A stretch of DNA of 63,637 nucleotides, filler included. It is 5 parts of 5 records of this genome, joined end to end, with 100 filler letters (N's around TTAATTAATTAA, not from the genome) between each part and the next. Parts side by side here need not be neighbours in the genome. Positions count along the whole stretch, not along the records: positions 1 to 7,540 come from DRR723986_10696; positions 7,641 to 20,619 come from DRR723986_10698; 3 more parts are not named here. One strand, given 5' to 3'. The notes beneath the pieces were generated by a model. It was not told where the DNA came from, made no database searches, and saw only the letters and a list, made by a program, of their open reading frames with translations. A program made the position numbers and the translations under genes. Of the stretch, positions 1 to 10,071 are shown one piece after another. Position 1 is the stretch's first letter; each line of letters begins with the position of its first letter.

Positions 1-819
1 AAGGGCCAGCGACCCGGTATCGCCCATGAAGACAGCCGCTGGAGGGGCGTTGTACCACAGGAACCCAAGGCCACCGCCAAAGAGAGCAGCCGTGAAGATC
101 AGGATCTCGCCAGTGCCCGCAACATAGTGAACATCGAGATATTCACTGAAATCGACGCGGCCAACCGCATAGGCAATCACACCTAGGGTCGAGGCGGCGA
201 TCATCACAGGCATGATGGCAAGGCCGTCCAACCCATCAGTCAGGTTCACCGCATTGGCCGCACCCACAACAACGCAGACGGCAAAGGGGACGTAGAAATA
301 GCCAAGGTTGATCAGCGTATCTTTGAAAATCGGCAGGGCCAGTTGGTTTTGCAACGCGTCTGGGTGGTTGGCCGTAGCCCAGACGGCGGCAATCACGGCG
401 ATCAAAATACCCAATGCAACCCGCACCTTACCCGGCACGCCCTTGGTGTTTTGCTTGGACACCTTGGCATAGTCATCGGCAAACCCAATCGCGGCATAGC
501 TGAGGGTCACAAAGAGTACTAGCCAGACAAACGGGTTGTCCAGACGCGCCCAGAGCAAGGTTGCCGTCACCAAAGCGCCAACAATCAGCAAGCCACCCAT
601 CGTGGGGGTGCCTGCTTTGACAAAATGCCCCTCGGGGCCATCATCCCGGATGGGTTGGCCTTTGCCCTGTTTGCGGCGCAAAACGTTGATCAGCGGTTGA
701 CCAAAGATAAAGCCAAACAGCAATGCCGTCAGAAATGCCCCCCCTGCGCGGAAGGTGATATAGCGAAAGAGATTCCAGAAATCCCCTCCGTCCGACAGTG
801 CGGTCAACCAATAGAGCAT
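1..819 (-). CDS. mraY: Phospho-N-acetylmuramoyl-pentapeptide transferase (3'-truncated by window edge)
   Basis: Manual translation MLYWLTALSDGG...GQPIRDDGPEGHFVKAGTPTMGG...NAVNLTDGLDGLA; follows murF in the dcw cluster. Absent from the ORF track because no stop codon lies in the window. Confidence 0.96.
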   Translation of the reverse strand, partial: MLYWLTALSDGGDFWNLFRYITFRAGGAFLTALLFGFIFGQPLINVLRRKQGKGQPIRDDGPEGHFVKAGTPTMGGLLIVGALVTATLLWARLDNPFVWLVLFVTLSYAAIGFADDYAKVSKQNTKGVPGKVRVALGILIAVIAAVWATANHPDALQNQLALPIFKDTLINLGYFYVPFAVCVVVGAANAVNLTDGLDGLAIMPVMIAASTLGVIAYAVGRVDFSEYLDVHYVAGTGEILIFTAALFGGGLGFLWYNAPPAAVFMGDTGSLAL

Positions 820-858
820 GTCTGCCTTTCTTAACTCGTCATCTTTGGGTCGGAACGC

Positions 859-2262
859 TTAGGCGTCCGAAGCGGGCCCGCCTTGACCCATTTTGCGGAT
901 CGCGTCAACGATCCGCGCCAATTGCATGCTGAGAGAGCCCTTGGCCAGCACAATGTCGCCTGCCTGTAGCAATTCGGGCACCTGTTGCGCCAGCTCCGCA
1001 CTGGTTTCGGCCCAGATCCCCCGCTTGCCTGCCGGCAAAGCCGCGTGCAGGGATTTCATCAGTGGGCCGATGCAGTGAATCACGTCGATCTTTTGGACAG
1101 CTGGCAAGTTTGCCACGGCGCTGTGCAGGGCCAGCGCGTCAGGGCCCAGTTCTTTCATATCCCCGACGAAGGCCACACGCCGCGCGCCCGTGGCCAAACC
1201 CAGCACATCCAAGGCCGCGGCCATCGAGGTTGGGTTTGCGTTATAGCTGTCGTCCAGCAGGTCGATGTGACCATTGGACAGGCTGATCAGTTCGCGGGCA
1301 CCGCGCCCTTTGAAAGGGGTCCATTTGCCAAGGCTTTGGGCTGCTTTGGTCAAATCCGCGCCAAGAGCAGCACAACTGGCCAAGGCCCCAAGGCCATTCA
1401 TGGCAAAGTGCTGCCCTGCGGATTGGATCGAGAATTCCAGAGGAGTGCCATTGGCCCGCGCCGCTGCGTTGGTCGTATCACCAACAACCTCGACATCCAC
1501 CAGCGTGTAATCCTGTGCGGCGCGTCCAAATCCGATGATCTGCGCCCCCAATCGTTTAGCCCTGGTGGTCAGAATGTCTGCCTGATCGATATCGGCATTC
1601 AGGACCGCGATCCCGTCTGGTTCCAGCCCGTCCAGAATGGCCGCCTTTTCCCGCGCGATCCCTTCAATGGAGTCAAACGCCTCAAGATGTGCGGCGGCAA
1701 CGGTGGTGACCAGCGCCACATGGGGTCGCGCCAAACGGGCCAAGGGGGCAATTTCGCCCGGGTGGTTCATGCCGATTTCGATGATTGCATAGTCGGTGTC
1801 ACGCGGCATCCGCGCCAAGGTCAGCGGCACGCCCCAATGGTTGTTATAGCTGGCGACACTGGCGTGGGTGCGCCCCTGATCGCCCAGCATCCGCAGCAGC
1901 ATCTCTTTGGTTGAGGTTTTGCCAACGCTTCCGGTTACGGCGACAACCCGCGCCGGGCATCGCGCCCGCGCGGCGCGGCCCAAGGCCTCGAGCCCGGCAA
2001 GCACGTCATCTACGATCAGCAGCGGTGCGTCTGCGGGCACATCATCGGGAATGCGTGAGACCAGCGCGGCCCCTGCCCCGGCTTTGAGCGCTTGAGCCAC
2101 GAAATCATGGCCATCCCGCGCGGCGGTCAACGCCACAAACAGGTCGCCCGGTTCAAGGGTGCGCGTATCAATGGAAACACCCGTCACGGACCACGATCCC
2201 GGACTGTGTCCGCCCGCAACGGCGGTTGCATCTGCGGCCTCGGCTGCGGTCCAGAGTGTCAT
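859..2262 (-). CDS. murF: UDP-MurNAc-tripeptide--D-Ala-D-Ala ligase
   Basis: VTGSVGKTSTKEM P-loop, SYNNHWGVP, EIGMNHPGEI, DDSYNANPTSM motifs. Confidence 0.97.
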   Translation of the reverse strand: MTLWTAAEAADATAVAGGHSPGSWSVTGVSIDTRTLEPGDLFVALTAARDGHDFVAQALKAGAGAALVSRIPDDVPADAPLLIVDDVLAGLEALGRAARARCPARVVAVTGSVGKTSTKEMLLRMLGDQGRTHASVASYNNHWGVPLTLARMPRDTDYAIIEIGMNHPGEIAPLARLARPHVALVTTVAAAHLEAFDSIEGIAREKAAILDGLEPDGIAVLNADIDQADILTTRAKRLGAQIIGFGRAAQDYTLVDVEVVGDTTNAAARANGTPLEFSIQSAGQHFAMNGLGALASCAALGADLTKAAQSLGKWTPFKGRGARELISLSNGHIDLLDDSYNANPTSMAAALDVLGLATGARRVAFVGDMKELGPDALALHSAVANLPAVQKIDVIHCIGPLMKSLHAALPAGKRGIWAETSAELAQQVPELLQAGDIVLAKGSLSMQLARIVDAIRKMGQGGPASDA

Positions 2263-3740
2263 GCGATCCCTCCATCCAAGGCGGCAACGGCGACGCTGGC
2301 CTGTTCGACATCATCAAACGGCAGCACATCATCGCCAACAATCTGCCCGGTTTCGTGTCCTTTGCCCGCGATCAACAACGCATCACCCGGTTGCAAAGCA
2401 TCAACGCCACGCAGGATCGCCTCGGCCCGGTCGCCCACTTCGGTGGCGTCGGGCGCGCCTGCCATGACGGCGGTACGGATCAGGCTTGGGTCTTCGGAGC
2501 GGGGGTTGTCGTCGGTCACGAACACCACATCGGCGTTGTCTGCAGCGGCTTGGCCCATCAACGGACGTTTGGTTGCGTCGCGGTCCCCGCCTGCGCCAAC
2601 GATAGCAATCAAGCGTCCCATCACATGAGGGCGCAGCGCCTTGAGCGCAGTTGAAACAGCATCGGGCGTATGGGCGTAATCGACAAAAACGGCAGCCCCG
2701 TTTGAGCGTGTCGCGGACAGTTGCATACGGCCGCGCACGGTTTGCAGATGCGGCAGCGTTTCAAACACGCGGTCGGGGTCTTCTCCACCTGCGATCACCA
2801 GACCACAGGCCAGCAAAACGTTTTCTGCCTGAAAGCCACCGATCAGGTTCAGGCGGGTTTGATGTACCTTGCCCTGCCACGAAAAGCGCAGATCCTGCCC
2901 CGTCGCGTCAAAGCGCTGGTTCAGCAGGCTGAGATCACCGACGCCCTGCCCGACGGTCAGAACCGTCTGGCCACGGGCGGCGGCGATGGCGCGCATTTCG
3001 GCCCCCTTGGGATCGTCCAGATTGATCACGGCGGTGCCATCCACGGGCAGAACCCGGCGGAACAACCCTGCTTTGGCGGCAAAATAGGCCTCGAACGTGT
3101 CGTGATAATCGAGGTGGTCTTGGGTGAAGTTCGAGAACCCGGCAGCGGCAAGTTGAACCCCATCCAGACGACGTTGCTCTAACCCGTGTGACGATGCCTC
3201 CATCGCGGCGTGGGTTACGCCTTGCGCCGCAGCATCAGCTAAGCATCGGTGCAAGGTGATGGGTTCGGGGGTTGTGTGGGCCAAGGGCGCAGTCCAGGCG
3301 CCTTCGACGCCCGTGGTGCCGAGATTTACCGCTTCGTGGCCCAGTTCGGTCCAGATCTGACGCACAAAGGTGGCGACGGAAGTCTTGCCATTGGTACCGG
3401 TCACCGCGATCATGGTCTGTGGCTGTGCCCCAAACCAGAGAGCGGCGGTATAAGCCAATACCTGACGGGGATCTTGTACCACGATCAGCGCGGCATCAGA
3501 TGCGGCCAATTCGGTGGCCGCGATTTCAGCGCCTTTGCTGTCGGTCAGAATGGCAGCTGCACCCATGCGCAAAGCATACTGGATGAACTCACCACCGTGG
3601 ACACGCGTGCCCGGTAGTGCGGCGAACAAAAAGCCATCGCGCACGTCGCGGCTGTCTACGGCCATCCCTGTGATTTCGGGATCGCGGCCTGCACGTGCGG
3701 TCAGGGCCAGCTGGCTAAGTTTCTGTGCCGGTGTGCCCAT
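2259..3740 (-). CDS. murE: UDP-MurNAc-dipeptide--meso-DAP ligase
   Basis: VTGTNGKTS, MEASSHGL, DYAHTPDA, DDNPRSE (DAP-specific DNPR), AGKGHE motifs. Confidence 0.97.
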   Translation of the reverse strand: MGTPAQKLSQLALTARAGRDPEITGMAVDSRDVRDGFLFAALPGTRVHGGEFIQYALRMGAAAILTDSKGAEIAATELAASDAALIVVQDPRQVLAYTAALWFGAQPQTMIAVTGTNGKTSVATFVRQIWTELGHEAVNLGTTGVEGAWTAPLAHTTPEPITLHRCLADAAAQGVTHAAMEASSHGLEQRRLDGVQLAAAGFSNFTQDHLDYHDTFEAYFAAKAGLFRRVLPVDGTAVINLDDPKGAEMRAIAAARGQTVLTVGQGVGDLSLLNQRFDATGQDLRFSWQGKVHQTRLNLIGGFQAENVLLACGLVIAGGEDPDRVFETLPHLQTVRGRMQLSATRSNGAAVFVDYAHTPDAVSTALKALRPHVMGRLIAIVGAGGDRDATKRPLMGQAAADNADVVFVTDDNPRSEDPSLIRTAVMAGAPDATEVGDRAEAILRGVDALQPGDALLIAGKGHETGQIVGDDVLPFDDVEQASVAVAALDGGIA

Positions 3741-3759
3741 GACGCCCCTGCCTGTTTGG

Positions 3760-5547
3760 TTAATTCGAAGTGAGCGTTATACCAGCCGTGACGCCGGGCT
3801 CAACCTGTGGACGCAACCCCAAGAGTGGCGCGATCCGGCCGATCATTTCTGCAGCGACGGGCACGGCGGTCCAACCCGCTGTGCGGCGCTTTTCGCCGTA
3901 AGCCAGAATTGACGGCTCGTCCAATGTCACGATCAGCACGTATTTGGGGTCGCTCGCCGGGAACAGGGTGGCAAAGGTCGCGATCACTTTGTTCTCGTAA
4001 TACCCACCTTTGGGTTTGGGTTTATCCGCTGTTCCGGTTTTGCCGCCCACTTGATATCCGGGGACTTCGCCAAAGCTGGCGGTGCCGTCGGTGACAACTT
4101 TGCGCAGCATCGCACGTGCGGATTGCGCCGCCTCGGACGACATCACGCGGGGGCCATGTTGCGGCCCGTTCTGACGTAGGATGGTTGGGCTGACGTAATG
4201 TCCGCCATTGGCAATTGCAGCGTAACCTGCCGCCAAATGCATGGGGCTGGTCGACAGCCCATGCCCATACGAGATTGTCACGGTGCTCAGCTCGCCCCAG
4301 TTCTTGGGCATCAGAGGCTGGCCGCCTTTGGCCTCCACAATCTCAAACGGGGTTGGGTCAAACATGCCGAGGGAATTCAGGAAGTCCTGCTGCCGCTTGG
4401 AGCCGATTTGCAGAGCGAGACGCCCGGTGCCCCGGTTCGAGCTTTTGACGATGATGTCAGCGACGCTGATTTTGCCGTAGTTCTTGTTCTTGAATTCACC
4501 GATTGGGAAACGGCCGATCCGCATCGGGCCGGATGTGTCGATGATCGTGTTGGCATTCGCCAGTCCCAGATCAACCGCCTGTGCCGCTGTAAAGATCTTG
4601 AACACAGAGCCAAGTTCATAAACCCCCTGCACGGCGCGGTTGAACAACGGGCTATCCGAAGGATCAAAGCCAGATGTGGGCGGGCGTGGGCGGTCATTGG
4701 GGTCAAAGGCAGGCAAAGAAGCGACAGAGATCACCTCGCCCGTGTGGACGTCCATCAAAACAGAGGAGGCGCCTTTGGCGTTCATGATTTTCATGCCACC
4801 CAGCAACACACGTTCGCTGGCGGCCTGAACGGTCAGATCCAAAGACAATTGCAGCGGTTTGCTGCCATTTGCAGGGTCGCGCAGATAGCCGTCGAATTGA
4901 CGTTCCACGCCTGCAACCCCGATGACCTCGGCCGCGTTCACGCCCTCTTTACCGAAGCCCGCCCCGCCCATCACGTGGGAGGCCAGTTTGCCATTTGGAT
5001 AGAGACGCATTTCGCGTGGGCCGAACAACAAACCGGGATCGCCGATGTCATGCACGGCTTGTTTCTGTTCGGGAGAGATCTTTTTACGAATCCAGACAAA
5101 TTTGCGTTTGCCGGTGAAATCCTTGATCAGTCGCGCCTCTTCCAAATCAGGAAAGACCTGCGCAAGCCCTTTGGCCGCAGCGATCGGATCGACCATCAGC
5201 TGTGGTTGCGCATAGAGCGAATGCGTTTCAAAGTTGGTGGCCAGAATGCGCCCTTGGCGGTCCACAATATCCGCCCGTTGCGCCGCGATCATGGCGCCGG
5301 GGGCCGAAGCCAGAGGTTCAACAGGGACCGAGGTTGCCATCAAGCCCATGCGCACGCCAACCACAACAAATGCACAGAGGAAAAACCCCCCAAGTACAAG
5401 CAAGCGCCCTTCGGCCCGTGCGCGGGCCCGGTCTTGCATATCATCATGCCGCTGGCGAATGTTTTCCTTTTCGATCAGGCCGGGGTTTTCACCCTTGGCC
5501 CGAGCATCCAAAATCCGCGCCAAGGGACGAAGTGGCGTTCGGATCAT
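3760..5547 (-). CDS. ftsI: Septal class B penicillin-binding protein (PBP3)
   Basis: N-terminal TM; GSVFK (SxxK), SSN (SxN), GGKTGT (KTG); dcw position. Confidence 0.95.
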   Translation of the reverse strand: MIRTPLRPLARILDARAKGENPGLIEKENIRQRHDDMQDRARARAEGRLLVLGGFFLCAFVVVGVRMGLMATSVPVEPLASAPGAMIAAQRADIVDRQGRILATNFETHSLYAQPQLMVDPIAAAKGLAQVFPDLEEARLIKDFTGKRKFVWIRKKISPEQKQAVHDIGDPGLLFGPREMRLYPNGKLASHVMGGAGFGKEGVNAAEVIGVAGVERQFDGYLRDPANGSKPLQLSLDLTVQAASERVLLGGMKIMNAKGASSVLMDVHTGEVISVASLPAFDPNDRPRPPTSGFDPSDSPLFNRAVQGVYELGSVFKIFTAAQAVDLGLANANTIIDTSGPMRIGRFPIGEFKNKNYGKISVADIIVKSSNRGTGRLALQIGSKRQQDFLNSLGMFDPTPFEIVEAKGGQPLMPKNWGELSTVTISYGHGLSTSPMHLAAGYAAIANGGHYVSPTILRQNGPQHGPRVMSSEAAQSARAMLRKVVTDGTASFGEVPGYQVGGKTGTADKPKPKGGYYENKVIATFATLFPASDPKYVLIVTLDEPSILAYGEKRRTAGWTAVPVAAEMIGRIAPLLGLRPQVEPGVTAGITLTSN

Positions 5548-5894
5548 GGCAACTGCTCCTGTGACATGGTGGAGACATCAACGGGGTTGATGATTGGAAT
5601 ATCTGGCGCCTTTGGATAGGCGACCTCGTCCACCCGGCCAAATTGATCCGGGCGCAGCGGCAAGAGACCCAAGCGATCAAAGTTCAGATCCGCCAGTTCG
5701 CGCAGCCGGTCGGGACGGTTCAAATACGCCCATTCCGCCCGCAATACGCTGAGCCGAACCTGTGCGGCACCAATCTGGCGCTGCAGGCGTTGCGTATCTT
5801 TCAACACTTCCTGCGTTTTATAGTTCTCTTGATAGGCCCAAAGCGCCAGCCCAAACACCGTCAGAGCAGTCAAAACGTAAATGACGCCCTTCAT
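5544..5894 (-). CDS. ftsL: Cell division protein FtsL
   Basis: Short TM plus coiled coil, [14 protein letters not shown] motif; lies between rsmH and ftsI. Confidence 0.92.
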   Translation of the reverse strand: MKGVIYVLTALTVFGLALWAYQENYKTQEVLKDTQRLQRQIGAAQVRLSVLRAEWAYLNRPDRLRELADLNFDRLGLLPLRPDQFGRVDEVAYPKAPDIPIINPVDVSTMSQEQLP

Positions 5895-6883
5895 TTTAAG
5901 CTCTCCTTGAGCTGCGGCGTGCCGATGCTGCGCGCATCAACAGACCCCGCCGGAGCGTCCGTGCGAATACCCACCCGCAATTTTGCCGAGCGAGAGCGGG
6001 GGTTCTCTTCGAGCTCTTGATCATCCGGGCCAATCGCCTTGCGGGATTTGAGCGTAAATTGTGGTGCTTCTTCGATGATTTCGGGCGCATAACGGTTGGC
6101 GCGTCCGGTTTTGCCAGCGCGGGCCTGAAAGAACCGTTTGACCATGCGATCCTCGATCGAATGGAAGGTGACAACAGCCAGTTGCCCACCGGGTTTCAAC
6201 GCGCGTTCAGCGGCCATGAGTCCCTGAAACAGCTCGTCATATTCTGCATTCACAGCGATGCGAAGCGCCTGAAAGCTGCGAGTTGCCGGATGCGATTGCC
6301 CAAACTTGGGACGGGGCAAACAGGATTCGATGATTTCGGTCAACCGAAGGGTCGTTGTGATCGGTGCAAGGGCGCGTTCGCGCACGATTGCCCGTGCGAT
6401 CCGGCGGCTGGCGCGTTCTTCCCCGTAGTGAAACAGGATGTCGGCGATTGCCTCTTCGGTGGACTCGTTCACCAGATCAGCGGCGGACAGGCCATCCTGA
6501 GACATGCGCATGTCCAGTGGTCCGTCTTTCATGAAAGAAAACCCGCGCTCGGCCAGATCCAGCTGCATCGAAGACACGCCCAGATCGAGCACAACGCCAT
6601 CCAGATCCTGTGCATATTCATCCATGCGGGAAAAGACGCCCGCTTGCATGACAAGTCGGTCGCCGTATTCACTGGCCCAAGGCGCGGCCATTTCAAACGC
6701 CAGCGGATCCCGGTCAACGCCAATGACTTGATCAGCCCCAGCGGCCAGCAATCCACGGGTATAGCCCCCGGCGCCAAAGGTGCCATCCAGCCAGACGCCG
6801 GAAACAGGGGCAACGGCGGCCAGCAAAGGGCGCAGCAGAACAGGGATGTGAGAGTCTGTGTCAGGGCGGGCCGCAGCAGCCAT
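5891..6883 (-). CDS. rsmH: 16S rRNA m4C1402 methyltransferase
   Basis: [36 protein letters not shown]; start placed at the ATG just after the mraZ stop. Confidence 0.97.
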   Translation of the reverse strand: MAAAARPDTDSHIPVLLRPLLAAVAPVSGVWLDGTFGAGGYTRGLLAAGADQVIGVDRDPLAFEMAAPWASEYGDRLVMQAGVFSRMDEYAQDLDGVVLDLGVSSMQLDLAERGFSFMKDGPLDMRMSQDGLSAADLVNESTEEAIADILFHYGEERASRRIARAIVRERALAPITTTLRLTEIIESCLPRPKFGQSHPATRSFQALRIAVNAEYDELFQGLMAAERALKPGGQLAVVTFHSIEDRMVKRFFQARAGKTGRANRYAPEIIEEAPQFTLKSRKAIGPDDQELEENPRSRSAKLRVGIRTDAPAGSVDARSIGTPQLKESLK

Positions 6884-6887
6884 ACCG

Positions 6888-7391
6888 TTATGCGCCTCCT
6901 GCGCCATCTAGGAATGCCATTGGATCAAAGTCATCCGGCAGCTCATCGAGCCACTCTTCGGTCTGAGCCAATTCTTCAGTATCGTAGGTTTCAGGCTTCC
7001 AGATCTGGAAGGTGTCACCGGCAGCGATGAAAAAGGCTTCGCCGCTGAGGTTGATCTTTTTGCGCAGCTTTGCGGGCAGAACCAGCCGCCCGGTTTCGTC
7101 TACTGTTGTAGGGTGCGATTGACCATGGAACATGCGTTGCAGCATTTTCCGCTCCATTGAGCCGCGCGGCAAGGCGTCGATCTTATCGTCAACCTCGTCG
7201 ATCGCTTCCATGGTATAGCATTCAAGGAACTTGCGGCGATGATCGCCATAGACAATGACCAATTCAGGGGCGTCGCCAGACTGCCAGTTCGGGTCTCCAG
7301 CCTCTAGAACACGGCGAAACGAGGCAGGAATTGACACCCTGCCCTTCGTATCTACCTTATTCTGGCTTTCGCCTCTGAACCTGCGCGCCAA
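6888..7391 (-). CDS. mraZ: dcw transcriptional regulator MraZ
   Basis: Two SpoVT/AbrB repeats ([22 protein letters not shown]); first gene of the cluster; TTG start. Confidence 0.95.
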   Translation of the reverse strand: MARRFRGESQNKVDTKGRVSIPASFRRVLEAGDPNWQSGDAPELVIVYGDHRRKFLECYTMEAIDEVDDKIDALPRGSMERKMLQRMFHGQSHPTTVDETGRLVLPAKLRKKINLSGEAFFIAAGDTFQIWKPETYDTEELAQTEEWLDELPDDFDPMAFLDGAGGA

Positions 7392-7442
7392 AACGACTGT
7401 CCCTTTCGTTGTGCGCTATCGCGTTTCTTTTTTCGTCCCCAG

Positions 7443-7488
7443 AAATTAGAAACGGCGAGTTGATCTGCTGCCACTGATCAACTCGCCG
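7443..7488 (-). terminator. Intrinsic terminator within the mraZ leader
   Basis: Perfect 13-bp inverted repeat CGGCGAGTTGATC / GATCAACTCGCCG followed on the minus strand by TTTCTAATTT. Confidence 0.75.
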
Positions 7489-7540
7489 CCTGATCCCGCT
7501 TTGCGGGGATGTCCGACTGCGCGCGCCACCTGGGGGGATG
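7443..7540 (-). ncRNA. UpsM-like sRNA / long mraZ 5' leader (5' end cut by contig edge)
   Basis: Structured leader upstream of mraZ ending in an intrinsic terminator, the arrangement described for UpsM in Rhodobacteraceae; homology not verified by alignment. Confidence 0.6.
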
Positions 7541-7640
7541 NNNNNNNNNNNNNNNNNNNNNNNNNNNNNNNNNNNNNNNNNNNNTTAATTAATTAANNNN
7601 NNNNNNNNNNNNNNNNNNNNNNNNNNNNNNNNNNNNNNNN
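7541..7640. other. Artificial contig spacer
   Basis: N44-TTAATTAATTAA-N44 (stops in all six frames). Confidence 0.99.
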
Positions 7641-7988
7641 CTGGTAGGGCGTATAGGCCGTGTACCATGCGGGGTTTTCCAGAATGTTGCGCAGGATCGG
7701 CGCCGGTGTGGTGGTGCCGTAGTAACCCTGCCCGATCAGCGATGTCAGAACTTTGTTCTTGCTCGCGATCTCTTTCATGTGGAACAGCGCGTCACGCTCT
7801 GTCATCGCCGGACCCCAGTCCAACGCTTCTTTCTGGCGGATCGCAGGAGGCACGGTGGCGTCAATCAGCTCGTCCAGCGTTTTGAAGCCGATCGTCTTCA
7901 ACATCGGCGCCATCTCTTTTGGGGACGGTCCGATGTGACGGCGATTGGCAAAGTCGTAGGCTTCGTAATCGGTGAGTTTGAAGGCCAT
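7641..7988 (-). CDS. gcvP: Glycine dehydrogenase (P protein), N-terminal fragment cut by contig end
   Basis: [36 protein letters not shown]; follows gcvH. Confidence 0.96.
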
Positions 7989-8068
7989 GGTCAGCGCTCC
8001 TGATGTCAAATGTCCAACCCGCCGGACCCTATAAAAGCGCCCGGCGTGCGTAGTTTTGAAAAGATGGA

Positions 8069-8434
8069 TTAGCCGATCAGGGCTTTGTATCCATCCAGAT
8101 CCATCAGCTCTTCGAGCTGGGCGGCGTTTGCCAGTTTGACCTTATAGATCCAAGCGTCGCCCTCGGGGCTCTCGTTCAGATTACCAGGATTGTCTTCGAG
8201 ATCGCCGTTCACTTCGACAACTTCGCCGTCCAGCGGAGCGTAGATTTCTGACGCCGCTTTGACGGATTCGATCACGCCGATTTCGTCGCCTTTTTCGAAC
8301 TCGTCACCGGCTTCTTTTTGCTCGATGAATACGATTTCGCCCAGCTGGTCAGCCGCGTGCTTGGTGATGCCGATGGTGGCGATATCGCCCTCGACGAGAA
8401 CCCATTCGTGCTCTTCTGAATAATAGGTGGCCAT
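8069..8434 (-). CDS. gcvH: Glycine cleavage H protein
   Basis: [28 protein letters not shown] lipoyl-lysine motif. Confidence 0.96.
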   Translation of the reverse strand: MATYYSEEHEWVLVEGDIATIGITKHAADQLGEIVFIEQKEAGDEFEKGDEIGVIESVKAASEIYAPLDGEVVEVNGDLEDNPGNLNESPEGDAWIYKVKLANAAQLEELMDLDGYKALIG

Positions 8435-8452
8435 TTTTAAATGCTCCCGGAT

Positions 8453-9550
8453 TTAGCGTTTGTAGTTTTGCTGCACGAAAGGCAGCGATACGATTTCGGC
8501 AGGCTGGGCCTTGCCGCGAATGATGAGGTTAACCTTTTCGCCCGGTTCCCCGTGTCCAGCGGAAACGTAGCCCATCGCAACGGGTCCGCCAACAGTGGGG
8601 CCAAAGCTGCCCGAAGTGATTTCACCGATGGTATTGCCTTCAAGACATTGGACTTCCACGTGCTGACGCGCGGGCGCCCGGCCGGTTGGTTTGATCCCGA
8701 CCAATTTCTTGGCGGCACCCTCGGCCAGTTCCTTTTGGATGCGCGCGGCACCGGGGAACCCGCCTTCTTCTTTGCGGCGCTTCTGCATCGCCCAACCCAA
8801 GCTGGCCTCAACAGGTGACGTCGACTGGTCGATGTCGTTGCCATAGAGGCAAAGGCCTGCTTCCAGACGCAGGGAATCCCGCGCGCCCAAACCAGCCGGT
8901 TCACAGTCGTCATGCGCAAGGAAGGCACGTGACACTTCGATCGCCTTGTCTTCTGGGATCGAAATTTCATAGCCATCTTCGCCGGTGTATCCCAGACGTG
9001 AGATGCGGCATTCAACGCCTGCGATGTCCGCAACCATGGATTCCATGAATTTCATGTCGCGCGCGGCGGGGCACAATTCGCCCACAACGTTTTCAGCCGC
9101 CGGACCCTGAACCGCCACCAGAGCGCGGTCAAAGATTTCGGTCACTTCGACGCCGTCGAGGTTCGCCGCCATGTGCGGAATATCCTGATGACGCAGACCT
9201 GCGTTCACCACGACAAAGAAGTGATCACCCGCGTTGGACACGATCAGGTCATCCATGATGCCGCCGTCTTCGTTGGTGAAGAAGCCATAGCGCGCCTTGC
9301 CCTCTTTCAAGGTCGCATAGGCCTGTGGGCACAGCGTTTCCAGCTTTTCGCCGACGTTTTCGCCGCGCAGGATCACCTGACCCATGTGGCTGACGTCAAA
9401 CAGACCTGCTTTGGCGCGGGTATGATTGTGTTCGCCCATGATGCCCATGGGGTACTGCACCGGCATTTCCCAGCCGGCAAAATCGACCATCTTGCCGCCG
9501 AGTTCGACGTGCAGGTCATAAAGAGGGGTTCGTTTGGGGGCGTCGGACAT
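8453..9550 (-). CDS. gcvT: Glycine cleavage aminomethyltransferase T
   Basis: KRTPLYDLH, GLFDVSHMG, SRLGYTGEDGYEI, GLGARDSLRLEAGLCLYG. Confidence 0.96.
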   Translation of the reverse strand: MSDAPKRTPLYDLHVELGGKMVDFAGWEMPVQYPMGIMGEHNHTRAKAGLFDVSHMGQVILRGENVGEKLETLCPQAYATLKEGKARYGFFTNEDGGIMDDLIVSNAGDHFFVVVNAGLRHQDIPHMAANLDGVEVTEIFDRALVAVQGPAAENVVGELCPAARDMKFMESMVADIAGVECRISRLGYTGEDGYEISIPEDKAIEVSRAFLAHDDCEPAGLGARDSLRLEAGLCLYGNDIDQSTSPVEASLGWAMQKRRKEEGGFPGAARIQKELAEGAAKKLVGIKPTGRAPARQHVEVQCLEGNTIGEITSGSFGPTVGGPVAMGYVSAGHGEPGEKVNLIIRGKAQPAEIVSLPFVQQNYKR

Positions 9551-9574
9551 ATCAGTCACCTTTTTCAAACAGGA

Positions 9575-9988
9575 TCAGTCGCGAACGACCATGACGGTGC
9601 AATGCGCATTGCGCACAACCCGCGCGAGGTTCGGGCCGATTTCGTAGTTCGGGAAATCACCCTTGGCTGATGCCATGATAATCATATCGTAGCCGTCTTT
9701 GTGCGCCATTTTCAGGATTTCGCGATAAACGCTGCCTTCCTGAATCTGGACCGGCACATCAGCGGCGTTATTTGCGGCCAGGATGGCCTCAACCTTGCCA
9801 TGGACAAAGTCACGGGCACCCGCGCCGTAGCCTTCGGGCAGGTTGGGCAGCTGGATGATTTCAGGGATGACCTCAACAGCGTGCAGCGTGGCGCCATAAA
9901 ACTTGGCCTGTTCCAGTGCTACAGGCAGTGCCTTTTTCCACGAACGGTCGTCCGTGTGATCAATCGGAAGCAGGATCTTGGTAGCCAT
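9575..9988 (-). CDS. Universal stress protein family protein
   Basis: KILLPID N-terminus, C-terminal IGPNLARVVRNAHCTVMVVR. Confidence 0.88.
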   Translation of the reverse strand: MATKILLPIDHTDDRSWKKALPVALEQAKFYGATLHAVEVIPEIIQLPNLPEGYGAGARDFVHGKVEAILAANNAADVPVQIQEGSVYREILKMAHKDGYDMIIMASAKGDFPNYEIGPNLARVVRNAHCTVMVVRD

Positions 9989-10027
9989 CCGTCATCTCCT
10001 CGAAGAATGTGAAATTCGTTTCAGATA

Positions 10028-10050
10028 CGAAGGGCCATCACAGCCCTTCG
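10028..10050. terminator. Intergenic stem-loop after the symporter gene
   Basis: CGAAGGGC-N7-GCCCTTCG inverted repeat; no strong U tract. Confidence 0.4.
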
Positions 10051-10071
10051 CGTTTGATCAATGTCCGAGGG

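Noticed and set aside
4198-7030. Long + strand ORFs (473 aa at 4198-5619, 337 aa at 6017-7030)
   Set aside because: Antisense shadows of ftsI and rsmH in GC-rich DNA; no motifs.
7585-7596. TTAATTAATTAA palindrome repeated four times in the window
   Set aside because: Artificial six-frame-stop linker embedded in N runs; ORFs running into it are truncated, not pseudogenes.
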